In this document: one piece after another, positions 39,940-49,213 of the stretch
Numbering within the stretch: the first letter of the stretch is position 1
How the letters are laid out: every line of letters starts with the position of its first letter
Assembly: GCA_044224875.1 (NCBI GenBank)
Contig: JBGAJQ010000006.1
Coordinates: forward strand, 32,001-96,000
Direction of reading: 5' to 3'
From: Gemmatimonadaceae bacterium
GTDB lineage: Bacteria > Gemmatimonadota > Gemmatimonadetes > Gemmatimonadales > Gemmatimonadaceae
Length of the DNA: 64,000 nt
Notes under the pieces: model-generated
The model's database searches: none
The model's input: only the letters and a program-made list of their open reading frames with translations
Told to the model about the DNA's origin: nothing
Position numbers and translations under genes: made by a program

Positions 39940-41748
39940 GTGACCGATCAGCGACCGGAGCAGGGCCAAGGCGCGGCCCGCTTGTTCGACGTCCTCTCTC
40001 TGGCCCTGTGTGCCGCGACGCTTGCGGCGCTGGCCCGCGTTGCCGCGGTGTTTGTCCGTGGACGACTCCTGCACCAGTTCACGTGGGTCTCGTCCGACTT
40101 GCCGTGGATGACGCTGGTTGGCAACACCATCATCTTCCTCGGTATCGCGCTCGTATGGCTGGTCGCGGGGCGGTGGTGGGCGCCAGCGCGCCGGTTGACC
40201 ACGATCACGGGAGTTCTGGGCCTGCTGTTGGCCCTCAGCATCACGTTGCTCGTGACGGAGATCTGGCAGTATGCATCGCTGGCACTCTCGTTAGGTGTGG
40301 CGTACCAACTGGTGCGACGGGCACGACATGCGCCGCAGGTGCTGGTGCGACGGGCCCGCCAGGCGACCGTCCTCGCACTCGTGCCGATGTCGCTGGCAGT
40401 GGCGCGCGCCGTTCGTTCGCGTGGAGACGTGCCGCCTCCCGCGACGACGGGCACGAGTGACACCGTGCCTAACGTACTCTTGATCATTCTCGACACGGTC
40501 CGGGCATCGAGCACCAGTCTGTTCGGCTATGCGCTGCGCACCACGCCGGTGCTCGATTCGATCGCGCGCGAGAGCGTCGTCTTTGACCGGGCCGTCGCCA
40601 CTGCGTCGTGGACGCTGCCGTCGCACTGTTCGCTGTTCACGGGCCGCGATGCCCAGCTCACGTCGTGCCGTTGGATGGCGCCGCTCGATACCACGGGGAC
40701 GACCCTCGCCGAGATCCTGCGGAGTCGCGGCGTTCGAACTGGCGGGTTCGTTGCCAATCACTTCTACACCACGCGTGAAACTGGCCTCGCGCGGGGATTC
40801 GATCGGTGGATGGACTTTCAGCGCACGTGGAAGGAGATCTTCTGCAGCACCGTGTTGGCGCAGACGGGAATTGTCCGAAGCGCGCTCTGGGGTGATTCAC
40901 CACGGCAACGCCTGAGCGGTCTCCTCCGTCTTCGCCTGCGCGGTGACCCAAAGCCGGAGCATGACCGAAAAGACGCTGCGACCGTCAACCGCGATTTTCT
41001 CGCTTGGGTGGACGAGGACCGTAGCCGCCCGTTCTTCGGGTTCCTCAATTACTTCGACGCCCACGATCCATATCGTGCGCCGCCACCGTTCGATCGAGCG
41101 TTCCCCGAGGCGGCCCACAACCGCAACGCCTACGACGGTGGCATCGCCTACATGGACCACCAGATCGGCGCGCTCCTGGAGGCGCTGAAGAACCGAGGAG
41201 TCCTCGATCGGACCATCGTGGTGATTGCGTCCGACCACGGTGAACTCTTTGGGGAGCATGACCTGTATGGTCATGGCAACTCGCTGTATTGGCCGCTCTT
41301 GCACGTTCCGCTGATGATTCGGTATCCGTCGCACGTCCCCGCGGGACATCGCGTGCCAGCCTCCGTATCGCTGCGCGATGTTCCCTCGACAGTTCTCGAC
41401 CTCGCGGGCGTTGCCGATCCGCGGATGCCTGGTCGTTCGCTCGTTCCGACATGGCAGGATTCCAGTCAGGCGGTAGTGAGTGCGGCCGTCGCGTTCGTCG
41501 AGAAGGGGACGAACTGGTGGGGCAAGGAGCCGGCGCGATTCGACTCCTTGTCATCGATCACTGTCGGCTCGTTGCAGCTGGTAGCGTCGGCTGCTGGTCG
41601 CGAGGAGTTGTTTGACTTGACGGCGGATCCCCTGGGAGAACGAGATCAGTCACAGAGTGACACGCTCGTTGCGCCGCGCACCCGGTTGCGCGAGGCATTG
41701 CGTCGCGCATCGTCGCCAACTCCCACCACCCAGGCGACGCTCCGCTGA
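39940..41748 (+). CDS. 5-TM sulfatase-like / LtaS-like protein, paralog 5
   Basis: PNVLLIILDTVRA, WTLPSHCSLFTG, DAHDPY, SDHGELFGEH. Confidence 0.85.
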   Translation: MTDQRPEQGQGAARLFDVLSLALCAATLAALARVAAVFVRGRLLHQFTWVSSDLPWMTLVGNTIIFLGIALVWLVAGRWWAPARRLTTITGVLGLLLALSITLLVTEIWQYASLALSLGVAYQLVRRARHAPQVLVRRARQATVLALVPMSLAVARAVRSRGDVPPPATTGTSDTVPNVLLIILDTVRASSTSLFGYALRTTPVLDSIARESVVFDRAVATASWTLPSHCSLFTGRDAQLTSCRWMAPLDTTGTTLAEILRSRGVRTGGFVANHFYTTRETGLARGFDRWMDFQRTWKEIFCSTVLAQTGIVRSALWGDSPRQRLSGLLRLRLRGDPKPEHDRKDAATVNRDFLAWVDEDRSRPFFGFLNYFDAHDPYRAPPPFDRAFPEAAHNRNAYDGGIAYMDHQIGALLEALKNRGVLDRTIVVIASDHGELFGEHDLYGHGNSLYWPLLHVPLMIRYPSHVPAGHRVPASVSLRDVPSTVLDLAGVADPRMPGRSLVPTWQDSSQAVVSAAVAFVEKGTNWWGKEPARFDSLSSITVGSLQLVASAAGREELFDLTADPLGERDQSQSDTLVAPRTRLREALRRASSPTPTTQATLR

Positions 41749-43577
41749 TGGGGACGTCCGCCCCAAGGACGGCGACCGAGGAGGGGGACCGGCTCCGACC
41801 CGTCGACCCGATCATGCTGGCGGCCCTCGTCGGGCTGATGGCCGGCACCGTTCATGTGTGCGTGGTCCTTGCCCGCCGCCACTGGCTGCATCAGTTCACG
41901 TGGACCAGCCGCGACATCGTCTGGATGTCGCCGCTCGGCAACGTCCTGATCTTGCTGGTTCCCGCGGTGTTGCTGGCCCTCGCGGCGATGGTGCGGTGGA
42001 GGTTTGCCACCTGGCGGCTGGCCACGTTCATGCTGACCTGGGTCGCGCTCACCGGCGTGGGGCTCCTGGTGCGGGGGCTGCATTGGGGTGCCGTCCTCGT
42101 GCTGGCATTCGGCGTGGCGTTTCAACTCGGTGTGCTCGCCAAGGCGCGGGGCGTTCGATGGCGGGGATACATGCTACGGGCGACCTCGCTCCTCGCGCTC
42201 ATTGTTGCGGTCAGTGGAATTCTCGCTCATGGCTCCGCTGCATCGCCGACCGTTGAGAGCCAGACGACGCCTTCGCGTCCGAATGTCCTTCTCGTTGTGC
42301 TCGACGCAGTGCGCGTGAAGTCACTCGGCGCGTATGGGTCCCCTCGCCCCGTCACGCCCGGTTTGGACGCCTTGGCTCGAGATGGTGTCGTGTTCGAACG
42401 GGCGTTCGCCAGTGCGCCATGGACGCTGCCGTCCCACGCCGGGATGTTCACTGGCGTTCCAGCGTCGGAGCTGACGGCCAGTTGGCGGCACCCGTTCGAT
42501 GGCTCCTTTCCCACCGTGGCCGAGGCGTTTCGCGAGGCCGGTTATGCAACCGGGGCGTTCGTGGGAAACACGTTTTACACCCATCACGAGTCGGGACTCG
42601 CGCGCGGGTTCACCGTGCTCAAGGACTTCGACGTCTCCCTGTCGCAGGTGGTCCGCAGTACGACCCTGGCGCAGACGCCAACGGCGCTTGGCATCCTGAA
42701 TGCCAAGGTGCTCTTCGATGTGCGCAAGGCGATTCGCTACTTTGATCTGACGGAGCGCGCCGAGCCCGAGAACGATCGACGCTTGGCGTCGGAAATCCTG
42801 CACGAGTTCAGCCAGTGGCAGCAGTCGCAGGGATCGCGGCCGTTCTTTGCTTTTCTCAACCTGTACGACGCGCACGATCCCTATTCGCCGCCGTCGCCCT
42901 GGGATCGTCGGTTCGGGACGAACGGCGAGGCGCGGTATGAAGGGGGCATTGGATACATGGATGCGGTGCTAGACTCCGCACTGCAGCACTTGGCGAAGCG
43001 TGGTGTCCTGGACCGCACGATCGTGGTGGTGACGTCAGACCACGGGGAGCAGTTCGGTGAGCACAAGCTGCACAACCACGGTAACAGCCTATACCTCCCG
43101 CTCACACACGTTCCGTTGATCATGCGCTACCCCGCGACGTTGTCCACCGGGCAACGCGTTCGACGTGTCGTGAGTCTCCGTGACCTTGGCGCGACGTTGT
43201 TGCAGATGTCGGGCATTGCCGGCGGTCCGGCGGTCCGAGGCACCTCACTCATCTCGCCGCCCGACTCGTCCGGGGGCGAAGCGCTCACCGAAACGCAGAA
43301 GACGGATGGGGGCGGCCGGGATCATCCGGCGGCACATGGGGACATGGCGGCCCTGGTTGATGATTCGTTGCACCTGATCCTGAACGGGGATGGTCGCGCC
43401 GAGCTGTACGCCTATGTTCGTGATCCGGCCGAAGCGCGCGATTTGGCGCGGGACTCGACGTACTGCGGGGCCTTACGCGATCGGCTGGCGCGTCTGCGCA
43501 CCCAGTCGGCGTTCGCCCGCCGCGCACCGGCCACCCCACCGTGCGAGCCGGAGCCGGCCGAAGGACGTGCGCGATGA
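41748..43577 (+). CDS. 5-TM sulfatase-like / LtaS-like protein, paralog 6
   Basis: PNVLLVVLDAVRV, WTLPSHAGMFTG, DAHDPY, SDHGEQFGEH. TGATG overlap with paralog 5. Confidence 0.85.
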   Translation: MGTSAPRTATEEGDRLRPVDPIMLAALVGLMAGTVHVCVVLARRHWLHQFTWTSRDIVWMSPLGNVLILLVPAVLLALAAMVRWRFATWRLATFMLTWVALTGVGLLVRGLHWGAVLVLAFGVAFQLGVLAKARGVRWRGYMLRATSLLALIVAVSGILAHGSAASPTVESQTTPSRPNVLLVVLDAVRVKSLGAYGSPRPVTPGLDALARDGVVFERAFASAPWTLPSHAGMFTGVPASELTASWRHPFDGSFPTVAEAFREAGYATGAFVGNTFYTHHESGLARGFTVLKDFDVSLSQVVRSTTLAQTPTALGILNAKVLFDVRKAIRYFDLTERAEPENDRRLASEILHEFSQWQQSQGSRPFFAFLNLYDAHDPYSPPSPWDRRFGTNGEARYEGGIGYMDAVLDSALQHLAKRGVLDRTIVVVTSDHGEQFGEHKLHNHGNSLYLPLTHVPLIMRYPATLSTGQRVRRVVSLRDLGATLLQMSGIAGGPAVRGTSLISPPDSSGGEALTETQKTDGGGRDHPAAHGDMAALVDDSLHLILNGDGRAELYAYVRDPAEARDLARDSTYCGALRDRLARLRTQSAFARRAPATPPCEPEPAEGRAR

Positions 43578-45334
43578 TGGCGCGTGTTCGCTCGGCCGCG
43601 GCCTGCGCGATTTGCGCGGCGCTGGCCGCCGGTGCGTTGCAGGTGGTGATCGCGTCAGTCCGGCGGTTCGCGCTCGACGAGTTCATTTGGGTGAGTCGCG
43701 ATTTCGTGTGGATGGTTCCGGTCGGGTACCTGACGTTGTTTCTGGCGCTGTCCCTTCCTGTGGCGCTGGTCGCTGCCCTCTCGCCCCAAAGGATCTCTGA
43801 CCGCGTGCCAGTCTTCACCTTCGGTACGCTTGGCACGTTAGGCGTGGTCCTGATGTTCCCCGGGCTGCATCCGCTGGCGTCGCTCGTCGTGGCGATCGGC
43901 GTTGGTGCACGGCTCGCCCTGACGGTGAGTCCAACGGCGGTCATACGCCAGCGGCGCCTCAGGTGGTTGGCGGCCGTCGGTCTTGCTGCAGTCGCCATCT
44001 GGCGGGAGACGCAATACCGTCGGACAGAGGCGCGGGCAATCGCCGCATTGGGTCCAGCGCCAGCGGGGGCACCCAATGTTCTGCTGGTCATCCTGGATAC
44101 CGTGCGTGCGGCCAGCATGAGCTTCATGGGGTACGGGCGGGCGACAACCCCCCAGCTCGCGAAGATTGCGGCTGGCGGCGCGGTGTTTGATCAGGCGTAC
44201 TCCGTCGCTCCGTGGACACTCCCATCACACGCCGGAATGTTCACGGCGCGATACCCCTCCTCGCTGTCCGTGGATTGGCGTGTTCCGCTCGAGGAACACC
44301 CGTCGACCCTTGCCGAGGAATTCAGCCGCCGAGGATTCGCTACCGCCGGTTTTGCCGCGAACCACTTCTATACCAGCTGGGAATCGGGCCTAACCCGGGG
44401 ATTCGCGCATTACGAGGACTATCGTCGCACCTGGAAGCAAGCGTTGCTGAGCACCACCTTGCTGCAGACGAACCTTTTTTGGACGATCGTTCACGATCTT
44501 CGTCCCGGCAACATCGCGCGTCAGCTGCTACGCATGGACCTGCGCACGCAGCTCATGTGGACCAGCGACCGCAAGCTCGCCGGCGAGGCTACGACGGAAT
44601 TCCTGGCGTGGGAGCGTACACGCGGCACGCGCCCCTTCTTCGCGTTCATCAACCTCTACGACGCGCATCTCCCGTACGACCCGCCGGCGCCGTGGGGACG
44701 CACCTATGCCCAGCGGCCCACACCGCTCGACCGATACGATGGTGCGATTGCCTACATGGATCACGAACTCGGCCTCATGTTCGATGAGCTGCAACGCCGC
44801 GGCGTCTTGGACCACACCGTGGTGATCGTCACGTCGGACCATGGGGAGGGGTTCGGCGAGCATGGCTTGCACGGCCACGGAAACTCGCTGTATCGACCCG
44901 AACTGCACGTCCCACTGGTGATCAGGTATCCAGGGCACGTGCCGGCCGGCGAACGGGTCACCGCCGCCGTGAGCCTCCGTGACCTGGGCGCCACGATGTT
45001 TGATCTGGCGGGACTGCCGGAATGGACCCCCGGTGGGGGATCCCTGGCCAGTACCTGGTCGACGACGGGCGGCGAGAGCCCTCGCAGTCCAGTACTTTCC
45101 GAGGTGACCGCCGGGGTCAACACGGATCCGTCCTTCCCGGTGACCCGCGGTGCCATGCGTTCACTGATCGACAGCGCGTCTCACTACATTCGGAACGGGG
45201 ACGCGGTCGAGGAGTTGTATGACTACCGCGTGGATTCGGCGGAAGAACGGAATTTGTCGCGCCAGGACACACTGCGAGTGGGCACCTTACGTGCCGCCGC
45301 GGTTCGCGCGGCAGGCCTCACCAAGCAACGTTAG
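43574..45334 (+). CDS. 5-TM sulfatase-like / LtaS-like protein, paralog 7
   Basis: ATGA overlap with paralog 6. PNVLLVILDTVRA, WTLPSHAGMFTA, DAHLPY, SDHGEGFGEH. Confidence 0.85.
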   Translation: MMARVRSAAACAICAALAAGALQVVIASVRRFALDEFIWVSRDFVWMVPVGYLTLFLALSLPVALVAALSPQRISDRVPVFTFGTLGTLGVVLMFPGLHPLASLVVAIGVGARLALTVSPTAVIRQRRLRWLAAVGLAAVAIWRETQYRRTEARAIAALGPAPAGAPNVLLVILDTVRAASMSFMGYGRATTPQLAKIAAGGAVFDQAYSVAPWTLPSHAGMFTARYPSSLSVDWRVPLEEHPSTLAEEFSRRGFATAGFAANHFYTSWESGLTRGFAHYEDYRRTWKQALLSTTLLQTNLFWTIVHDLRPGNIARQLLRMDLRTQLMWTSDRKLAGEATTEFLAWERTRGTRPFFAFINLYDAHLPYDPPAPWGRTYAQRPTPLDRYDGAIAYMDHELGLMFDELQRRGVLDHTVVIVTSDHGEGFGEHGLHGHGNSLYRPELHVPLVIRYPGHVPAGERVTAAVSLRDLGATMFDLAGLPEWTPGGGSLASTWSTTGGESPRSPVLSEVTAGVNTDPSFPVTRGAMRSLIDSASHYIRNGDAVEELYDYRVDSAEERNLSRQDTLRVGTLRAAAVRAAGLTKQR

Positions 45335-45336
45335 GC

Positions 45337-47244
45337 TTACGGCGTTGGCGCGTCGGTACGTCCTCGCTGCGCGGACTGCCGACAGGTTGACTCGCGGCTG
45401 GACGGCGCAACTGCAGGCAAGGTGCCACGGGTACACCGCCAGAAGTCGAGGAAGGGGATCCATGGATTGGGGAACCATTCGGGTTCCCATGCGCCCTCCA
45501 ACCGGAAGCCGTCGCCGACGCGTCCCGGGGTACGGAGCGCCAAACGCGCGGTGGGGTGTGGCGTACACAGGAGGGGCCCGTTCCAGCAGCTGTTGTCAAC
45601 ACGGGGGACCGCCAGTTGCAACCCCGTTGGCAGGGAGTCCGATAAGAGGTCGGGCTCCGGTGTGGGCCAGAACCAACCCGATGGCGACGGCACGGCGGCC
45701 AGGGTATTCGCTACCGTGGACAGGCGCTCGGCTGGACTGGCGCGCACGATGGTGCCAATCGTCATGCGCGCCGCAAGCACGAAGGTCAACAGGGCGGTCG
45801 ACAACCACAACCGGCGCCGTTGACGAGTGGTGAGCATCGCCGTGCTCCCAACCGCGATTGCCGACAGAGCGCTCGCCAATACCCAGAAGGGACCTTGGGC
45901 CATGCGCGTGTGCGGCGCGGAGAACCACCACACCACGAGCGATGCGCCAACCGGAACCGACACCAAGAGCCCCCGCCACCATGGCGACCGGGCCTGGCGA
46001 CGCGTAAAGAACAGCCACAAACCGGCGAGTAAAGTCACCAGCACCGGGGCCAGGAAATGATGAAACAGGTCGCCGCGGGTGAGGACCTGACCCAACCACC
46101 GCGACTGCCACTCGTGCGAGAGCACAAGAGTGTTGGTGTTCAGGTTCCTTGCGCTCATGGTGATCCACCCGGATTCGGCCGCGGCCTGTTCAGCGTTCAC
46201 GCGCCAGTCGACCGGAAGCGCGATCAGCCGCGACGGATAGAGCGGATAGCCAGAGAGGACGGCGCCGTGCGCCATCCACACGACCCCCGTCAGTAGGGGC
46301 AGGGCCAGAAGACGTGGCAGGTCGGCCGCCCGCCAGGTGCGATCCCCGATCAGCATCACCACGGCCGCTGTAGCGGCGAATGGCGCGGCCGAAAGCTTGA
46401 CCGCGACAACGGCTCCCAGCAAGGCAAAAATCCGGACTCGTCTCGCGCGGTGTCGGACGCTATACCTCTCCCCACCCTCGGCGAACAGCTCGAACATCAT
46501 GCCGCCTGCCATGGCCAGCAGCACAAATGTCGGCAAGTCCGTCGAAAGAGAGCGAACGTCCTGACGCAACGCGGTCACCAGTAACGCGGGCATCATCGTC
46601 AGCTCGAAAGCGTCGCGCGCCGTCAATGGCCGGGGGCTGCGTATCGTCGATATGCGCCAAGCCGCTGGCACCGCGAAGAGCGCCACGAGAAAGCCGTTCG
46701 TCACGTGCTGCGACGCGTCCGTCCACGGCCCCCGGTCGAGCAAGGCGGCAAAGAGTAACGAGGCCGGATTGAACGCCAGGCGTCCGTGCAAGTTGCCAAG
46801 TCCTGGCACGACGCTGTGCGCCTTCGCCCACGATACGAACGGGACGTGATACATGCCGCTGTCGTACAGCGTCATCTCTCCCATCCCTCTCATCGCGATC
46901 CACGTCGCGACGACCAACGCGATCGTTACAGCGCCTGCCGAGCGAGCCTGTCCCATCAGCGCGTCGCGGAGCAGCCGCCAGTGGACGAGGCTGAGCATTA
47001 AGCCGCCGCCAAGTACCGCCACCGCGACCAGGCTGTTGACCGGGAGGAACAGATGCCACGTCAGCAGTAGGAGGAGAACCACCGCGAATCCCAACCACGG
47101 TGCATCACGCAGGTCGCCGGTGGACTGTGGCCCTCCGAGGAGTATGCGCTGCGTACCTAGCCCCAGTCCGCACAGGGCGGATCCAAGCAGGGCCCATGTG
47201 ACGAGGACCTGCAGGAGTGCGGCTATCAGCCGAATGCCGATCAC
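45337..47244 (-). CDS. Polytopic membrane protein, paralog of 33861-35876
   Basis: Shares LYDSGMYH, VVPGLGNLHGRLAFN, KLSA, LSGYPLYPS, CW...CTPHP and W.PNPW.PF. Confidence 0.6.
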   Translation of the reverse strand: MIGIRLIAALLQVLVTWALLGSALCGLGLGTQRILLGGPQSTGDLRDAPWLGFAVVLLLLLTWHLFLPVNSLVAVAVLGGGLMLSLVHWRLLRDALMGQARSAGAVTIALVVATWIAMRGMGEMTLYDSGMYHVPFVSWAKAHSVVPGLGNLHGRLAFNPASLLFAALLDRGPWTDASQHVTNGFLVALFAVPAAWRISTIRSPRPLTARDAFELTMMPALLVTALRQDVRSLSTDLPTFVLLAMAGGMMFELFAEGGERYSVRHRARRVRIFALLGAVVAVKLSAAPFAATAAVVMLIGDRTWRAADLPRLLALPLLTGVVWMAHGAVLSGYPLYPSRLIALPVDWRVNAEQAAAESGWITMSARNLNTNTLVLSHEWQSRWLGQVLTRGDLFHHFLAPVLVTLLAGLWLFFTRRQARSPWWRGLLVSVPVGASLVVWWFSAPHTRMAQGPFWVLASALSAIAVGSTAMLTTRQRRRLWLSTALLTFVLAARMTIGTIVRASPAERLSTVANTLAAVPSPSGWFWPTPEPDLLSDSLPTGLQLAVPRVDNSCWNGPLLCTPHPTARLALRTPGRVGDGFRLEGAWEPEWFPNPWIPFLDFWRCTRGTLPAVAPSSRESTCRQSAQRGRTDAPTP

Positions 47245-47521
47245 CGGGATGCCACGCTCACGAGGGCTCGACCCGACGACGCTGGTGAGCCGCTAGGTGT
47301 AGCGATTGGGCTCGTGGGGGCCGCCGTGACCACTGGATTCGGGCCTTTCGTTCGGCGCGGGGCGCGACGTCGAGTCATGTTACCGAGGTGGGCAATGGCC
47401 AGTCAGCGCCGAAACGGAAGCCTGTAGCTTTACTGCAGTTACGCGCTTAGGCAAGTTTGAATCCCAAGGACGGAATGGCCCATCTCCTGCAGAATTGGTC
47501 CGGCTGCCCTTGAACCGCTGA

Positions 47522-49213
47522 ATGACCTCGTCTCCATCTGATTCCCACCGAGAAACCGCCTCAGGGACCCCTTGGCGAACGCCCGGGGCGTCCGGGGCAC
47601 CCGTCGGATGGTCTCAGCTCTGGCGACAGGTCCCCCGGTGGGTGTGGTTGACTGCCATGGTGGCCAGCCTGATGCACATGATGCCCTACTGGCATGCCCA
47701 GGCGACGACGAAGCAGGGTTGGGAGTTCTCGGGCAACCTGACCGTCTCGCCGGACTACATGCAGTACCGGGTGTGGGAGCGCCAAAGCGCGCGCGAAGGG
47801 CCGGTCATCACGAACCGCTTCACGACGGAGCCGAATTCCCGCCACCTGCCGGTTTTCTTCTATTGGGCAATCGGTGAGACCGCGCAGGCCACTGGGGTTA
47901 AGCCAGAGGCCGTCTACGCGTATAGTGGCGCGCTCTTCGCGTTCGTGCTGGTTGTACTGCTGTTCGGCGTGCTGCGCGTGTTCCTCCCCGACCCGGCGCA
48001 CCAGCGTTGGCCGTTCCTGGCGCTGGTGTTTGGCGGTGGATTGGGTGGGCACCTCAAGATGTTGCAGCTGACGCCCGGGATTGGCACCAGTGCCCTCGTG
48101 CAACGGCTGGTCACCCAGCCGCTCGACGACTGGCCGGTCTTCGAGGAATATCGGTCGCACTATGTCGTGCGTACGCTGTTCGACTCGCACTTCCTGCTTC
48201 TTTGGATTGCCTGCATCGCGGCGGTGTTCGCCTTGTACTTGGCGGTTCGCGAGTGGACACCAGCGCGTGGTGCCGCGGTGTGCGCCTGGTTTGCGGCGGT
48301 GACCATGCTGCACGTCTACGAGGGGTTGACCCTGGTGGCGATCGGGATAGGTGTCGCCGCGACGCTCTGGGACCGCGACGTCGAGGGGCGGAATGCACGA
48401 CGCGCGGCAGTTACCACGACCGTATGTGTCGGCCTCTGCTACCTCGCGTTAGGCCTGCTGTATCGTCGATCGGGGTTGCCGCTGCCGGAGTGGCGTGCGG
48501 TGAATATCCTGGCGTCGACCTTGCTCATCGCGTACCCGGTGTGCTGGGGTCTCCTGGCGTTCGGCGGGGCTCGATACTTTCGGCAGGGCGGAGTGCCGGC
48601 CCGCTTCATTATCGGTTGGGCCGCGGCGTGCACCGTGGTCACGTTATCTGGGCCCTTCTATCCATACCCGGATCGCGGGACGATCACCATGCAGGTACCG
48701 CTGATGATCGCGGCGGGCGCCATCTACTTCACGCACTGGCCGCGACTGACGCGAATGGGAGCGCTGGTGGCGCTGGCGTTTTTCGCGCCGACGACCGTGT
48801 GGCAGCTGTCGAGGTCGTGGCACTTCAGCGGCTTCCGCACCGATGCTCCGTTCATGCACCTCAGTCCGGCGCACCGGCAGTCATTGGCGGCGCTTGGTCG
48901 GGAGGCCGACACCAGCGACGTGCTGCTCGCCGAGCCACGTGATCTCTTGTGGCTGGCGCCGACGTTCCCCGGCCGGTTGTACGTGGGGCACTTCTTCCTC
49001 ACCGTCGACTACAAGGCGAAGAACGAGGCGCTGACGCGCGCCTTGCAGGCACCCGACTCGATGACGGCATTGCTCGGTCGGTCGGGGACATCACTGCTGT
49101 TCGTCCATGGTGACCGGGAGCCCTCGCGCTGGGCGTCGCAGCAGGGGTTGCGCGCGATCGACACGAGTGAGGTCGGGACGTTGTACCGAGTGGAGGCCCA
49201 TGTCCGGCCTTGA
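47522..49213 (+). CDS. Polytopic membrane protein, putative GT-C-fold transferase
   Basis: TM1 is followed by a long loop with SPDYMQY and FTTEP, then about 10 TM segments and a soluble C-terminal domain. First gene of a coupled operon. Confidence 0.5.
   Translation: MTSSPSDSHRETASGTPWRTPGASGAPVGWSQLWRQVPRWVWLTAMVASLMHMMPYWHAQATTKQGWEFSGNLTVSPDYMQYRVWERQSAREGPVITNRFTTEPNSRHLPVFFYWAIGETAQATGVKPEAVYAYSGALFAFVLVVLLFGVLRVFLPDPAHQRWPFLALVFGGGLGGHLKMLQLTPGIGTSALVQRLVTQPLDDWPVFEEYRSHYVVRTLFDSHFLLLWIACIAAVFALYLAVREWTPARGAAVCAWFAAVTMLHVYEGLTLVAIGIGVAATLWDRDVEGRNARRAAVTTTVCVGLCYLALGLLYRRSGLPLPEWRAVNILASTLLIAYPVCWGLLAFGGARYFRQGGVPARFIIGWAAACTVVTLSGPFYPYPDRGTITMQVPLMIAAGAIYFTHWPRLTRMGALVALAFFAPTTVWQLSRSWHFSGFRTDAPFMHLSPAHRQSLAALGREADTSDVLLAEPRDLLWLAPTFPGRLYVGHFFLTVDYKAKNEALTRALQAPDSMTALLGRSGTSLLFVHGDREPSRWASQQGLRAIDTSEVGTLYRVEAHVRP

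Noticed and set aside
30120..45334. Sulfatase cluster as a catabolic polysaccharide-utilisation locus
   Set aside because: No FGly motif, maturase, TonB-dependent transporter or sugar catabolism genes, and the neighbours are biosynthetic. Hydrolytic activity is not formally excluded.
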